From the human T2T-CHM13v2.0 reference genome, Homo sapiens, in assembly GCF_009914755.1 (NCBI RefSeq), contig NC_060941.1: a DNA stretch of 64,000 bases; one strand, given 5' to 3'. Below the pieces are notes generated by a model. That model was not told the origin of the DNA, did not search any database, and saw only the letters and a program-made list of their open reading frames with translations. Each line of letters starts with the position of its first letter. Position 1 is the first letter of the stretch. This document shows positions 22,344 through 36,914 of this stretch, piece by piece. A program made the translations under genes and the position numbers.

Positions 22344-23577
22344 TTAATCTTAACAGGAAACAGAAAAAAGCAATGAAAAGCTAGAAAACATAATAGTTGA
22401 TTGAAAATAACAATTTAGCATTTTCATTCTTACATCTTTAATTTTTATGTATCTGAGTTTTTAATTGATGGTTTAATTTGCCAGAATGAGAAAGAACATC
22501 CTATTTTTATGACTCTCTCCCATGGAAATGAAACATAAATGTATCCAAATGCCACACTATTGAGGATTTTCCTGATCACTGATTGTCATGAGTAAGTTTT
22601 GTGCTTTTTCAAAAGCAGTTTTTTCCTACAATGTCATTTCCTGCTTCTCTGGCTCTGATTTTCAATAAATTGATAAATTGTGAATCCTGTTTTCCTCTTA
22701 TTTTTGTTTAGCTATAATGTTGAAGGGCAAGGGAGAGGATGGTTATTTATAAATCTTGTATCGCTCTGAAAACACAACATACATTTTCCTTAATCTGATT
22801 AACTTGACTTCAAATATGAAAAACAACTTTCATAAAGCAGAAAAGAATTTACCCTTTTTTATTGTGGGTAAGAGGCAATGGTACAACTTTTCAACTTATT
22901 TTTTGAATGTTACTCACTACTAACCATCACCATATTTAAAAAAATTAAAGAACTAATTTAGTTTAGTTTATTATTTATTTGACAAATGTTTATTGAGTGG
23001 CAACTAGGTCCCAAGTACCGTTCTAACTACTGAACATACAGATGTATGTAAACAAAACAAAAATCCCATCCTGGAGTTTACATTCTGTGGGACTAGAGAT
23101 AAAAAATGGATACATTACATAGAATGTCAGCTAGTAATCAGTGTTATGGAGAAGCAGCAGGAATAGAAGATAAAGTGTGTGCTGGGGGTGTGGTAATTTT
23201 AAATAGGGGTGTCTGGAAATGAAAAGGTGGTATTTCAATCAAGATTTTTAGACCATGGCTGGGTGCAATGGCTCAGGCCTGTAATCCCAGCACCTTGAGA
23301 GGCCAAGGGAGGGTAGATCACTTGAGGTCAGGAGTTTGAGACCAGCATGGCCAACATAGCAAAACCCTATCTCTACAACAGAAAAATACAAAAATGGCTG
23401 GACGCAGTGGCTTATGCCTGTAATCCTAGCACTTTGGGAGGCCCAGGCGGGTGGATCACAAGGTCAGGAGATCAAGACTATCCTGGCTAACACGGTGAAA
23501 TCCCGCCTCTACTAAAAAAAAAAAAAAAATACAAAAAATTAGCCGGGCGTGGTAGTGGGTGCTTGTAGTCCCAGCTA

Positions 23578-23685
<108 letters not shown>

Positions 23686-24647
23686 TCAAAAAAAGAAAAA
23701 AAAAATACAAAAATTAGCTGGGCATGGTGGTGCACACCTATCGTCCCTGCTACTCTGGAGGCTGACGTGGGAGGATTGCTTGAGCCTGACGAGGTTGAGG
23801 CTGCAGTGAGCTGTGATAGCACCACTGCACTCCAGCCTCTCGACAGAGATCCTATATAAAAAAAAAACCTCTGCATTTCATTGTATGTAAATAAGTATGT
23901 AATTTCATTGTATGTACAGAGCCAGTTTCAAACAAAGGTTCTTCCAAATACCTATCCTCTCAACGACACCGATCATCCATGTTTTTTTTTTTTTTTTTTT
24001 TTTTTTGAGATGGAGTTTAGCTCTGTCGCTGGAGTTCAGTGGTGCCATATTGGCTCACAGCAACATCTGCCTCCTGGTTCAAGTGATTCTCCTGCCTCAG
24101 CCTCCTGAGTAGCTGGGATTACAGGCACATGCCACTACGCCCAGCTAATTTTTGTATTTTTAGTGGAGAGGGGGTTTCACCATGTTGGCCAGGATGGTCT
24201 CGATCTCCTGACCTCGTGATCCTACCACCTTGGCCTCCCAAAGTGCTGGGATTACAGGCGTAAGCCACCGCCCTCGGCCTCATCCATGATTTTATTTTGC
24301 CATTTCAAGTGATGGAGCTTGTTTTAGAGCTGGAAGAAAAGCCAAAATGCCAGTTAATCTAAACTAGATTCCTGCCCCAGTGCAGAACCAATCAAGACAG
24401 AGTCCCTGTCTTTCCCGGACCACAGGATTTGTGTTGAAAAGGAGAGGAGTGGGAGAGGCAGAGTGGATGGAGAACAAGGAATCATTTTCTATATTTTTAA
24501 AGTTCTTCAGTTAAGAAAATCAGCAATTACAATAGCCTAATCTTACTAGACATGTCTTTTCTTCCCTAGTATGTAAGGTCAATTCTGTTCATTTGCATAG
24601 GAGATAATCATAGGAATCCCAAATTAATACACTCTTGTGCTGACTTA

Positions 24648-24749
<102 letters not shown>

Positions 24750-25368
24750 TTAACACATTAGAAAAACATATATATATATCTTTTTAAAAGGTTTATAAAA
24801 TGACAACTTCATTTTATCATTTTAAAATAAAGTAAATTTAAGATTTGGAAGGTTTTAGAATGATACAAACCAAAGAACTAATGACAACGTCCTTTATTTT
24901 TAAAGATTCTAGAAGTTGCTTTTTGTAATTAGACAACATAAATTCTGAATTTTTTCACATATCGCTGCCAACCCCTTGGGTCTTTTCCTTTCTCCAAGAA
25001 AGAGAAAGCTACAGAGGAGTGACTGACCGGGTAGGTGGTGGTAGCCTTAGCTTTCTCCAATGTTTCTGGTTGTTTTCTTTTTCTTGCATAAAACCAAAAT
25101 CAACAACGACCAAACCAACACCAATCAAGGCCTCCCCGCCCCTAACCTTTCCCAGTGACCTGCTCTCATCTCTGGATCCTCCTCAAGCACATCCCTGCCG
25201 GCAGCATCTGTTACTACTGACGCTCCTCTACTTCCCTCTTGCGCTTTCTCAATGGCGCAAATGGATCCAGTTCTTAAGTTCTCCCTCCCACAAAATCCTG
25301 TCTCCTCCCCTTCCCAGACATATTCCTGGCACCTCTTCTTCCACAAGGTCCCATCCTCTCATACATAC

Positions 25369-25746
<378 letters not shown>

Positions 25747-25902
25747 CCCCTCCCCAGGGTTCACAACGCCTTACGCCTCTCAGGTTCCGCCCCTACCCCC
25801 CCTCAAAGAATACCCATCTGTCAGCTTCGGAAATCCACTCTCCCACGCCAGTACCCCAGAGCATCACTTGGGCCCCCTGTCCCTTTCCCGGGACTCTACT
25901 AC

Positions 25903-26115
25903 CTTTACCCAGAGCAGAGGGTGAAGGCCTCCTGAGCGCAGGGGCCCAGTTATCTGAGAAACCCCACAGCCTGTCCCCCGTCCAGGAAGTCTCAGCGAGC
26001 TCACGCCGCGCAGTCGCAGTTTTAATTTATCTGTAATTCCCGCGCTTTTCCGTTGCCACGGAAACCAAGGGGCTACCGCTAAGCAGCAGCCTCTCAGAAT
26101 ACGAAATCAAGGTAC
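25903..26115 (-). other. BRCA1: BRCA1 non-coding exon 1a (shorter form starts near 25996)
   Basis: Recognised 5'UTR (GCTGAGACTTCCTGGACGGG...CTCTGGGTAAAG); donor GT at 25902-25901; alternative donors after 25909 and 25814. Confidence 0.95.
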
Positions 26116-26999
26116 AATCAGAGGATGGGAGGGACAGAAAGAGCCAAGCGTCTCTCGGGGCTCTGGATTGGCCACCCAGTCTGCCCCCGGATGACGTAAA
26201 AGGAAAGAGACGGAAGAGGAAGAATTCTACCTGAGTTTGCCATAAAGTGCCTGCCCTCTAGCCTCTACTCTTCCAGTTGCGGCTTATTGCATCACAGTAA
26301 TTGCTGTACGAAGGTCAGAATCGCTACCTATTGTCCAAAGCAGTCGTAAGAAGAGGTCCCAATCCCCCACTCTTTCCGCCCTAATGGAGGTCTCCAGTTT
26401 CGGTAAATATAAGTAATAAGGATTGTTGGGGGGGTGGAGGGAAATAATTATTTCCAGCATGCGTTGCGGAATGAAAGGTCTTCGCCACAGTGTTCCTTAG
26501 AAACTGTAGTCTTATGGAGAGGAACATCCAATACCAGAGCGGGCACAATTCTCACGGAAATCCAGTGGATAGATTGGAGACCTGTGCGCGCTTGTACTTG
26601 TCAACAGTTATGGACTGGAGTGTTGTTATGTTTTCGTATTTTGAAAGCAGAAACTAGGCCTTAAAAAGATACGTACAACTCTTTAGGGAGACTACAATTC
26701 CCATCCAGCCCCAGGAGTCTGGGGCAAGTAGTCCTGTAAGGTCAGTGGCCTGCGGGGACGCAGTGAGCGCCGAATTTGCCTGGGGCAGGGGAAATGCGCT
26801 CTGGCCCATGTCTGCGCACTCGTAGTTCCACCCCTCAGCCCCAGTGTTTGTTATTTTTCGGGTTCAGCTTGCTTTTGCCCCGTCTCCGTCGACGCAATCG
26901 CCACCAGTCAATGGGGTGGTCGTTTTGAGGGACAAGTGGTAAGAGCCAATCTTCTTGGCGAAAACGCGGAGAAACGGGACTAGTTACTGTCTTTATCCG

Positions 27000-27086
27000 C
27001 CATGTTAGATTCACCCCACAGAGATAGCGGCAGAGCTGGCAGCGGACGGTCTTTGCATTGCCGCCTCCCCAGGGGGCGGGAAGCTG
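27000..27086 (+). pseudogene. Paralog of NBR1 exon 1B within NBR2 intron 1
   Basis: ...GGGGGCGGGAAGCTG|GTAAGG strong donor; resembles the recalled NBR1 5'UTR; 5' boundary approximate. Confidence 0.6.
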
Positions 27087-27946
27087 GTAAGGAAGCAGCC
27101 TGGGTTAGCTAGGGGTGGGGTCACGTCACACTAAGAGGGTTTGGAGAAGTTCAAGGGAGGAATCCTGCAAAGAAGAGGGGCGACTTTTTCCGTGTCTCCG
27201 GACAGCTAATCGTTTTAGTGACAGGATGAGAGAGCCCTTCGTGTTCTGAGGGACCGAGTGGGCGAAAAGCGCCGGAGAGTTGGAGAGTCTGTGGTTCAGA
27301 ATGCGAGGTGACAACGTGCTAGCAGCCCTCGCTCGCTCTCGGCGCCTCCTCGGCCTTGGCGTCCATTCTGGCCGTGCTGGAGGAGCCCTTCAGCCCGCCA
27401 CTGCGCTGTGGGGGCCCCTCTCTGGGCTGGCCGAAGCCAGAGCCGGCTCCCTCTGCTTGCGGGGAAGTGTGGAGGGAGAGGCGGGTGTGGGAACTGGGGC
27501 TGCGCGCAGCGCTCGCCAGCCAGCGCGAGTTCCGGGTGGGCGCGGGCTCAGCGGGCCCCGCACCCCCGGCCCCGGGCAGTCAGGGGCCTAGCACCCGGGC
27601 CAGCAGCTGCAGAGGGTGCGCCGGGTCCCCCAGCACTGCCGGCCCGCCTGCACCCCGCTTGAATTCTCACCGGGCCCCAGCCGCCCTGCACAGGGCAAGG
27701 CTCAGGACCTGCAGCCCGCCATGCCCGAGCCCCCTCCCAACCCCTGTGAGCTCCAGCGTGGCCTGAGCCTCCCCGACGGGCACCGCCCCCTGCTCCTCAG
27801 CGCCCGGTCCCATCGACTGCCCAAGGGCTGAGAGGAGTGCAGGCGCCCGGCACAGCCCTGCGCAGGATCCACTAGGTGAAGCCAGCTGGGCTCCTGAGTC
27901 AGATGGGGACTTGGAGAACTTTTATGTCTAGCCTGAGGATTTTATA

Positions 27947-28330
27947 TGCACCAGTCAGCACTCTGTGTCTAGCTTGGGGTTTGGGGATGCACCAATCAGC
28001 ACTCTGTATCTAGCTAATCTGGTGGGCACTTGGAGAACTTCTGTGTCTAGCTAAAGGATTGTAAATGCACCAATCAGTGCTCTGTGTCTAGCTCAAGGTT
28101 TGCAAATGCACCAATCAGCACTCTGTGTCTAGCTAAAGGTTTGTAAACGCACCAATCAGTGCTCTGTGTCTAGCAAATCTAGTGGGGACTTGGAGAATTT
28201 TTATGTCTAGCTAGAGGATTGTAAATGCACCAATCAGCACTCTGTGTATATCTAGCTCAGGGATTGTAAATGCACCAATCAGCACCCTGTCAAAACGGAC
28301 CAATTAGCTCTCTGTAAAATGGACCAATCA
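27947..28330 (+). repeat. LTR12 U3 enhancer tandem repeats (~40-bp unit GCACCAATCAGCACTCTGTGTCTAGCT...)
   Basis: Eight CCAAT boxes counted between 27991 and 28328; NF-Y-type ERV9 enhancer repeats. Confidence 0.9.
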
Positions 28331-28471
28331 ACAGGATGTGGGTGGGGTCAGATAAGGGAATAAAAGCAGGCTGCCCCGCTGGGTGCCGGTGGCTCACACC
28401 TGTAATCCCAGCAATTTGGGAGGCCTAGAGGGGTGGATCACGAGGTCAAGAGATAGAGACCATCCTGGCTA

Positions 28472-28783
<312 letters not shown>

Positions 28784-28833
28784 TCACTCTTTGGGTCCGC
28801 ATAGCATTTATCTGCTGGTAACACCGACCGCAG

Positions 28834-29140
28834 AGGTCTGCAGCTTCACTCCTGAAGCCAGCGAGACCACGAACCCACCAGGAGGAATGAACAACTCCAG
28901 ATGGGAGGAACGAACAAACTCCAGACATGCCGCCTTAAGAGCTGTAACACTCACCGCAAAGGTCTGCAGCTTCACTCCTGAAGCCAGCGAGACCACGAAC
29001 CCACCAGGAGGAATGAACAACTCCAGACGGGAGGAACGAACAAACTCCAGACATGCCGCCTTAAGAGCTGTAACACTCACCGCAAAGGTCTGCAGCTTCA
29101 CTCCTGAAGCCAGCGAGACCACGAATCCACCAGAAGGAGG
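28834..29140 (+). repeat. 126-bp tandem repeat in LTR12 U5 (two full units plus a partial third)
   Basis: Units 28834-28959 and 28960-29085 differ only at 28902 (T) vs 29028 (C). Confidence 0.95.
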
Positions 29141-29513
29141 TAACTCTGAACACGTCCGAACATCAGAAGGAACAAACTCTGGACACATCATCTTTAAGAA
29201 CTGTACCACTCACCGTGAGGGTCCGCAACTTCATTCTTGAAGTCAGTGAGACCAAGAACCCACCAATTTCGGACACAAGAACATCCGGCTTCTACTGATG
29301 GAAGGCCACGACTCCTCAGTAGAAAGAGGGCCCAGGCAAAGAAAATGAGAGAGAGTCCTTGGGGTGGTGACACTATCTTGGGAACATGGAGTGCTAGGAA
29401 ACGATAACTGGAAGACTAGGATGAAGTCTGCAAGTTAAAAAATGACACTACCCATATATCCTTCTCATCCCATTCTCCTTTTTTCGAGACCCCGTTAAAG
29501 AGATCTTGGTTAG

Positions 29514-29729
<216 letters not shown>

Positions 29730-31969
29730 TAACTTGGCTTGTACAGGCCTCTGGTGGAGACAGTAACCAAAGTTCGGGTTGCCAGGTTTGTTTCATTAAA
29801 GGGATTTTGTTGAGGCTGAAAGAAAAAAAAATCGATGTGGAGGAAAAGCTAACTTGTGCCAAGACAAGGTGAGTCAGTCACATGGACTTAACAATAATGT
29901 CAATTATGAAAGCTGAAGGCCTAGGACCCAGCTATCTGACTCTACTGGCTGTAGACCTAAGGAGCAGGTAGGGTTAACCATAGCTTTCGTGTTTACACAC
30001 GTTCAAGATTAATGCTCTTGCTGAAAGAATTTTTTTACATGCCAGCCAAAGAGAGTTCCTTATGGAGACCTGGATATGGTCCAGCTAAGCTAGAATCTCC
30101 CACTTCCTGTTTTCTCTTAGTTGGCCCACCAGCTGGAGGAGCTCCAGAATATCTAAATTAATTTCCAATTGTGTAATTTGAGAAAAAGAGACGAAGATTA
30201 ATTTCCCTAACGAGTAGGGAAGTGTGTTTCTTTTTTTTCTTTTTTTTTTGAGACTGAGTCTCGCTCTGTCGCCCAGCCTGAAGTGCAGTGGCACGATCGC
30301 GGCTAGTGCACTGCGAACTCTGTCTCCCGGGTTCACGCCATTCTCCTGCCTCAGCCTCCCGAGTAGCTGGGACTACAGGCACCCGCCATCACGCCCAGCT
30401 AATTTTTTGTGTTTTTAGTAGAGACGGGGGTTTCACCGCGTTAGCCAGGATGACCTCGATCTCCTGACCTCGTGATCTGCCTTCCTCGGCCTCCCAAAAT
30501 GCTGGGATTATAGGCGTGAGCCACCGCACCTGGCAGGAAGTGTTTCTTAAAGTTGGAAAGTGGTATTTCAGAATATCCGCTTTTGGCAGACTGAGTCAGT
30601 CACTTCATTTTCCTGATTTTTTGCCTAAGGTCCTGGTGAATTGACAAAGATTCTGCCCAAATTTTAACGACCCCAGTAATTACATGTCATATGAATGAAT
30701 ACTTGACGTCAGCAGGACTGCGTTTTGGTGGTGAACTTGGTTCTAGGTAGAAACAAAGAATGGAGAAAACTGGGGGATAATTATCTTAGGGTTTCAAAAA
30801 AGTGCCTGATCTTCACAGACTTCAGGGTCCTTAAAATAACAGTCTTAATTGTAGTGTTTTACAGGGCAGTGCATTACATTGTCAAAAACAGTACAGGTTT
30901 ATGGTTCTAATGACTGGTTTATTATTTTTAAAAATGTTTAATTGAACTTAATTTTTTTAAGGAGACAGGGTCCGGCTTTGTTGCCCAGGCTGGTCTTCAA
31001 CTCCTAGGTTCACGATCCTTCCACCTCAGCCTCCCAAATTGCTAGGATTACAGGCATGAGCCACCACACCGGGCCAATTTTTTATTTTATTTTTGAGACA
31101 GAGTCTCGCTCTATCACCCAGGCGGGAGTGCAGTGGCATGATCTTGGCGCACTGCAACCTTGCCTCCCAGATTCAAGCAATTCTCTTGCCTCAGCCTCTT
31201 GAGTAGCTGGGAATACAGGCCTGCGCCACTACACCCAGCTAATTTTTGTATTTTTATTAGAGACGAAGTTTCACCATGTTGGCTAGGCTGGTCTCGAACT
31301 CCTGGACTCAAGCGATCTGCCTGCCTCTGCTTCCCAAAATCCTGGGATTACAGACATGAGCCACTGTGCCTGGCCTGTATTATAATATTTTTATATTTGA
31401 ATGACATTTTGAAAGAACTTGCATATTCATTTTTAATTTGATCCTTATGGTAACACTGTGAGATCGGCAAAACAGACATATTAGACCTATTTTACAGATT
31501 AAAGAACTGAAGCTCAAAGGTGAACTGACCTGCTCACAGTTTTATGTCTAGTAATGGGCCAGAGCTGTGTCTAGAACCCAAGTCTTCCCATTTTTTGTGC
31601 TCACACACATACACACAATTTGCTGTTCTGATTAGATGACATTTCATTGCTTTCAATTTGCATTGTTCTGACCACCAGAAAGTTTGAAAGTCTTCTGAGG
31701 TATTTGTTAGGTGTTCTGACTTCTTCTATGAATTTTATGTATACTTTTTCCTGGGTTGTTAATTGTATCATTAGCAGTTTTGCTGATACTCTGGGTGTGT
31801 TGCAGATATTAACCCTTTGCTGTGGGTTGTGATGGTTGTTTGTTGTCTTCTGATTTTGTGGATTTTTTTAACCATATAAAATATTTAGTATGTAATGAAA
31901 TATGCCCAACTCATCCTTTGACTTCTATGTACATTATAACCTGCCTTTAAATGTGTATTTCTTTTGTAG

Positions 31970-32032
31970 GTAAAAGTTTCATTTGATCTGAATAGTATTA
32001 AAATAAAATACCTGGATGAGGAAGATGAAGAG
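31970..32032 (+). pseudogene. NBR2 exon 2 = duplicated NBR1 coding exon (PB1 domain), VKVSFDLNSIKIKYLDEEDEE
   Basis: 63-nt AG/GT exon, open frame; matches recalled NBR1 VKVSFDLNTIQIKYLDEENEE (PB1 acidic OPCA motif). Confidence 0.88.
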
Positions 32033-32298
32033 GTAAAGTATATTATGGTACTTATTGCTAGGTGTTCAGAATAGGGATCTTATTTCTCCAGTGATATGGG
32101 CTTTAATAATTCGAAGTAGCGTTTAGCTCATTTGTGTCTCAAAATAATAATAATAATAAAAACAATGAGACATGCAAGAGATGTCGGGAGAAGCACCAGA
32201 AGATTCCATTGAAATCTTGCTCCCCAGAAGGGTGGGAACAGTAGGGACAGAAAACTGCTGTGGTTCATTATGTTTCATCCCCATTTCGCTTCATTTTA

Positions 32299-32761
<463 letters not shown>

Positions 32762-34305
32762 TGAACTCCTGGCCTCAAGCAATCCAGCGGCCTCAGCCTC
32801 CCAAAGTTATGGGATTACAGGCATGAGCCATTGTGCCCAGCCAGGATATCATCATATTTAATCCTCACATCAACTGACATTTGCCCCAATTTACAGATGA
32901 GGAACTGAGGCACAGAGAGGTTTTGGTACTTGCCTGAGGTCACACACTCTGGGCTCTCTGCTTGGGGCTGAGGGCCAAGGGGGGTTGTGACTGACTTCTC
33001 TTTCCTGAACATCAATAAAATTCAATTTAGAAATTTCTGTCTTCAGTGCTATCTCGAGGGGCCTGTGAAAAATGCTGACTCGGTGGCAGCTGTCTTAGCC
33101 CCATACTCATTGGGTTGCCCTGAGCCCCACACTGTTTTAAGGAAGTCCCAGCAAATAATATGGGATAGAGGTGAGATCCAAACCTAAGCAGCCCTGGCTC
33201 TAAAACCCACTGAACAAAGCTGCCTCTCCAACTAGCATCAGAAAGAACTAGGTGAGAATCCTACTTCTATCACTTACTAGTTCTGTGGCTCTGGCCGCCC
33301 CCGCCCAAGTTACTTAACCTCTTTTTTTTTTTTTCCTTTTTCTTTTTCTTTTTTTAGAGACGAAGTCTCGCTCTGTCACCAGGCTGGAGTGCAGTGGCGT
33401 GATCTTGGCTCACTGCAACCTCTGCCTCCGGGTTCAAGCAGTTCTCCTGCTTCAGCCTCCCGAGTAGCTTGGGACTACAGACGCGCGCAACCATGCCCAG
33501 CTAATTCTTTTTTTCTTTATTTTATTTTATTTTATTTTTTGAGATGGAGTCTCGCTCTGTCGCCCAGGCTGGAGTGTAGTGGCGCGATCTTGGCTCACTG
33601 CAAGCTCTGCCTCCCGGGTTCACGCCATTCTCCTGCCTCAGCTTCCTGAGTAGCTTGGACTACAGGCGCCCACCAGCACGCCCAGCTAATTTTTTTTTTT
33701 CTTTGTATTTTTAGTAGAGACGGGGTTTCACTGTGTTAGCCAGGATGGTCTCGATCCCCTGACATCGTGATCCGCTGTCCTCGGTCTCCCAAAGTGCTGG
33801 GATTACAGGCGTGAGCCACCGCACCTGGTCGATTAACCTCTTTTAAGCCTGTTTTCTCATCCATACAATGGAGATAATGGCAGCACCCACTGCTTGGTAA
33901 GGAATATTAGGTGAACACAGGTGCCTATGTGGGTTCCTCCATTTTCCATAAATGTTAATTCCCTTATCCCTCATCTCCTAGGTTAGTCCCAGAGGACAGA
34001 TTTGAAGTTTGAAAACAGAAAGTAACTGCCAAAAGGGATTATTTAGGGCAGAGATTGTCCCCTTTTATTATGCTTTAGGTCCTCAGTGGTGAGGGCAGGG
34101 GACAGGAGAAGTGGGATCCAGCCCAAATTCTTGGATCTCATCGTAGAGTGACTCTTTAGGGGCTTAGGATTCTGCATTTTGGACCCGTCCCCAGGGCATT
34201 CTGATGCCTGCAGTTCTCCTGTCTGGCTTTGAATAACTCTGGGTAGTGCTTTAAATCTAAGCTGACATACCAGTGGGATGTGAACTGTCCTTGCAAATGT
34301 TTTGA

Positions 34306-34632
<327 letters not shown>

Positions 34633-35734
34633 TGATCCGCCTGCCTCGGACACTCAAAGTGCTAGGATTACAGGCGTGAGCCACCACGCCCAGCCTCCTT
34701 TTTCACTTCCTACCTTCCTCCCCACCTCTGGGTGTACCCTCCCCTGAGCTCAGCCTGTATTTCTATCTGCTGGCCACTTACCAGCCAGTCCTTTCATCTA
34801 CAATGCCCTTTACTCACCTAGAAAGCTCACATCAAAAGTCGCCTCCTCCAGAATACCTCTCAAGTTCTCCTCTCTGGTCCCTTGACCCTTTGCAGGTACC
34901 TTTTTTCTTGTACAAGTCACATGATAATGTAAGGGGTTTTTTTCCCCATCTAGAGCCTGCCTGGTGGGCTCATGGTCCATTTGTGGAAACATGCATTTCC
35001 CTCTCCTCCGCCCCCCTCCTTCATGATCCATGCTTTAAGAGCTTCCCCAAGGCATGCAGAGCAAGCTGAGAAGAGGTAGACAAGCCTGCAGACCTTTCAA
35101 AGAAGTGGGGTGGCTTGGGAAGTAAAAGAAGATCTGGAGATAGGAGTTCCTAAAAAGCAGACAAGAGATTACCGAGGGGTTCCCCACAGCTCCAGCACAC
35201 AGCAGCTGCAAAAAAAATGCAGTGGAATTACTGAGGGACATTATGGGCTTGATGGAGGACAGGGAATGCTTGTGCCAAGCCACCAAGGATCATGCTGTGG
35301 CAGTTGTGACCAGATAGACTATACTTTTGCCAAGGTGAAAGGATTTCCCTACTAAATCCTTTACTTTCCACTTTGTTTAAAATGAGTTTAACACCAAGAA
35401 AATAGTTGTCTCTATGTCCTTATTTCTAATCTTCCTGCTCAACCATGAACTGCACTAAACACACTCAGACCCATCTAACCTAAAATTGAGAAAGGGAGGT
35501 TCTCACTCCTGGAGAGAGAATTACTGAAAGGGCGGCCCTCATACAGTTCAGGGTCATACCCCCAAGAGCTGGTTTTATATTTGAAAGCAGACACTGGGAC
35601 TCTGACCTTTGCAGAGATAAAAGGGATACTTTCCTAACCCAGAGAGGCCAAAGGAGCACAGGACGCCCAGGCCGAGGGCAGTGAAGCTTGCAGACCCAGG
35701 CTGTGCAACCCCCACAGCAGGTCTCCTCACGGGA

Positions 35735-36230
35735 TAGATAGACTATTGGCCCCAATTCCTCAGCCCTACATGCACCCACCCCTTGCCATGGTTTCGTTGT
35801 GGGTGGAGGGTACTTTCCCAGCCCCTGGCTTTGGGCTTGCCCACGTGTCTTGCTCTGGCCATGGAATGAAGCACAAAGGAGAGCCTGCCAGTTCCTAACC
35901 CACGCCTGAAGACGCCTTAGGCGGTTCTGCGGACCCCGTGCACTTCCACCTTCAGCCAGAAGGCCTTCTCTGGTGCAGCCGTTGCTTCAGCCTCGGTCCA
36001 AAAGGATCGGAGCCCCCTGGCCGATCCGCAGGCCTGCAGGGAGCCACAGAGCGCAGCGGCCCGGCCCAGCGTTCAAGCCCAAGCACAGGCCTGCAAGAAC
36101 TTTCTTCCAACTGCCGTTTGGGATGGTTGATTAGGACGCGTTGCTGTGGCGGTAGCTCACCAATCCAATGCATGCACCCGCTCCTTTATTAGGCTATAGG
36201 GCCAGTGGCTGCGACAGGGACCTGATACAA
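35735..36230 (+). mobile_element. Old MaLR LTR (MLT1-like)
   Basis: GGCCCCAATTCCT...TTGGGCTTGCCCACGTG...TGCTCTGGCC...CCTGATACA pattern; boundaries approximate. Confidence 0.55.
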
Positions 36231-36914
36231 CAGTGCGTTAAATAAGGAGCTTATTGAGCTATCATGTCATAAGCCGGTGGAGAAGTCCAGGCCTAGTGTA
36301 GGGTCTCTGGCCGGGGCTGTAGCCTTCATCCGCGTGGAACCTTCCCATGGTTCGCAGGTCGCGGTCTTCGGAGCCTTCAGCCTCGTGAGCCCGAACAGTC
36401 CATAGGGCGGCGCCAGACCCTCTTCCCAACGCCACCCTCTAAAGCCTCGGCTCCAACCGATTCCACTTCTGCTTCAGGCTCAGGATTTTCACTCTTCTCG
36501 AATGGGGGTGGCCCTCCCCTGATCTTCTGAATCGCAACAGCATCTCCCTCCCTCCAGGACATCAGAGCCAGAGCTGGGCGAGAGGCCCTGACCTCTGGGG
36601 TAGGGTGGCAGCGTCCCCTTGAAGGTGCGGTCCCGCCTCCCATCCCCAGGCGCCCGGCCTCTCACACCATCAGCACCCTGCTCACCTCCAGCTGAAGATG
36701 CCAGGGCACCTCTGCTTCCTCCCTGCTCTCTGCAGTACCGCAGAGTGAGCATAAAAGGGCTTAATACAGGCTTCGCCGGGCGCAGGGCTCCCGCCTGTAA
36801 TTCCAGTACTTTGGGAGACCAAGGCGGGAGGGTCACTTGAGAACAGGAGTTCAAAACCAGCCTGGGCAACAAAGTGAGGCCCGTCTCTAACAAAGACAAT
36901 GAGAAATAAATCTA

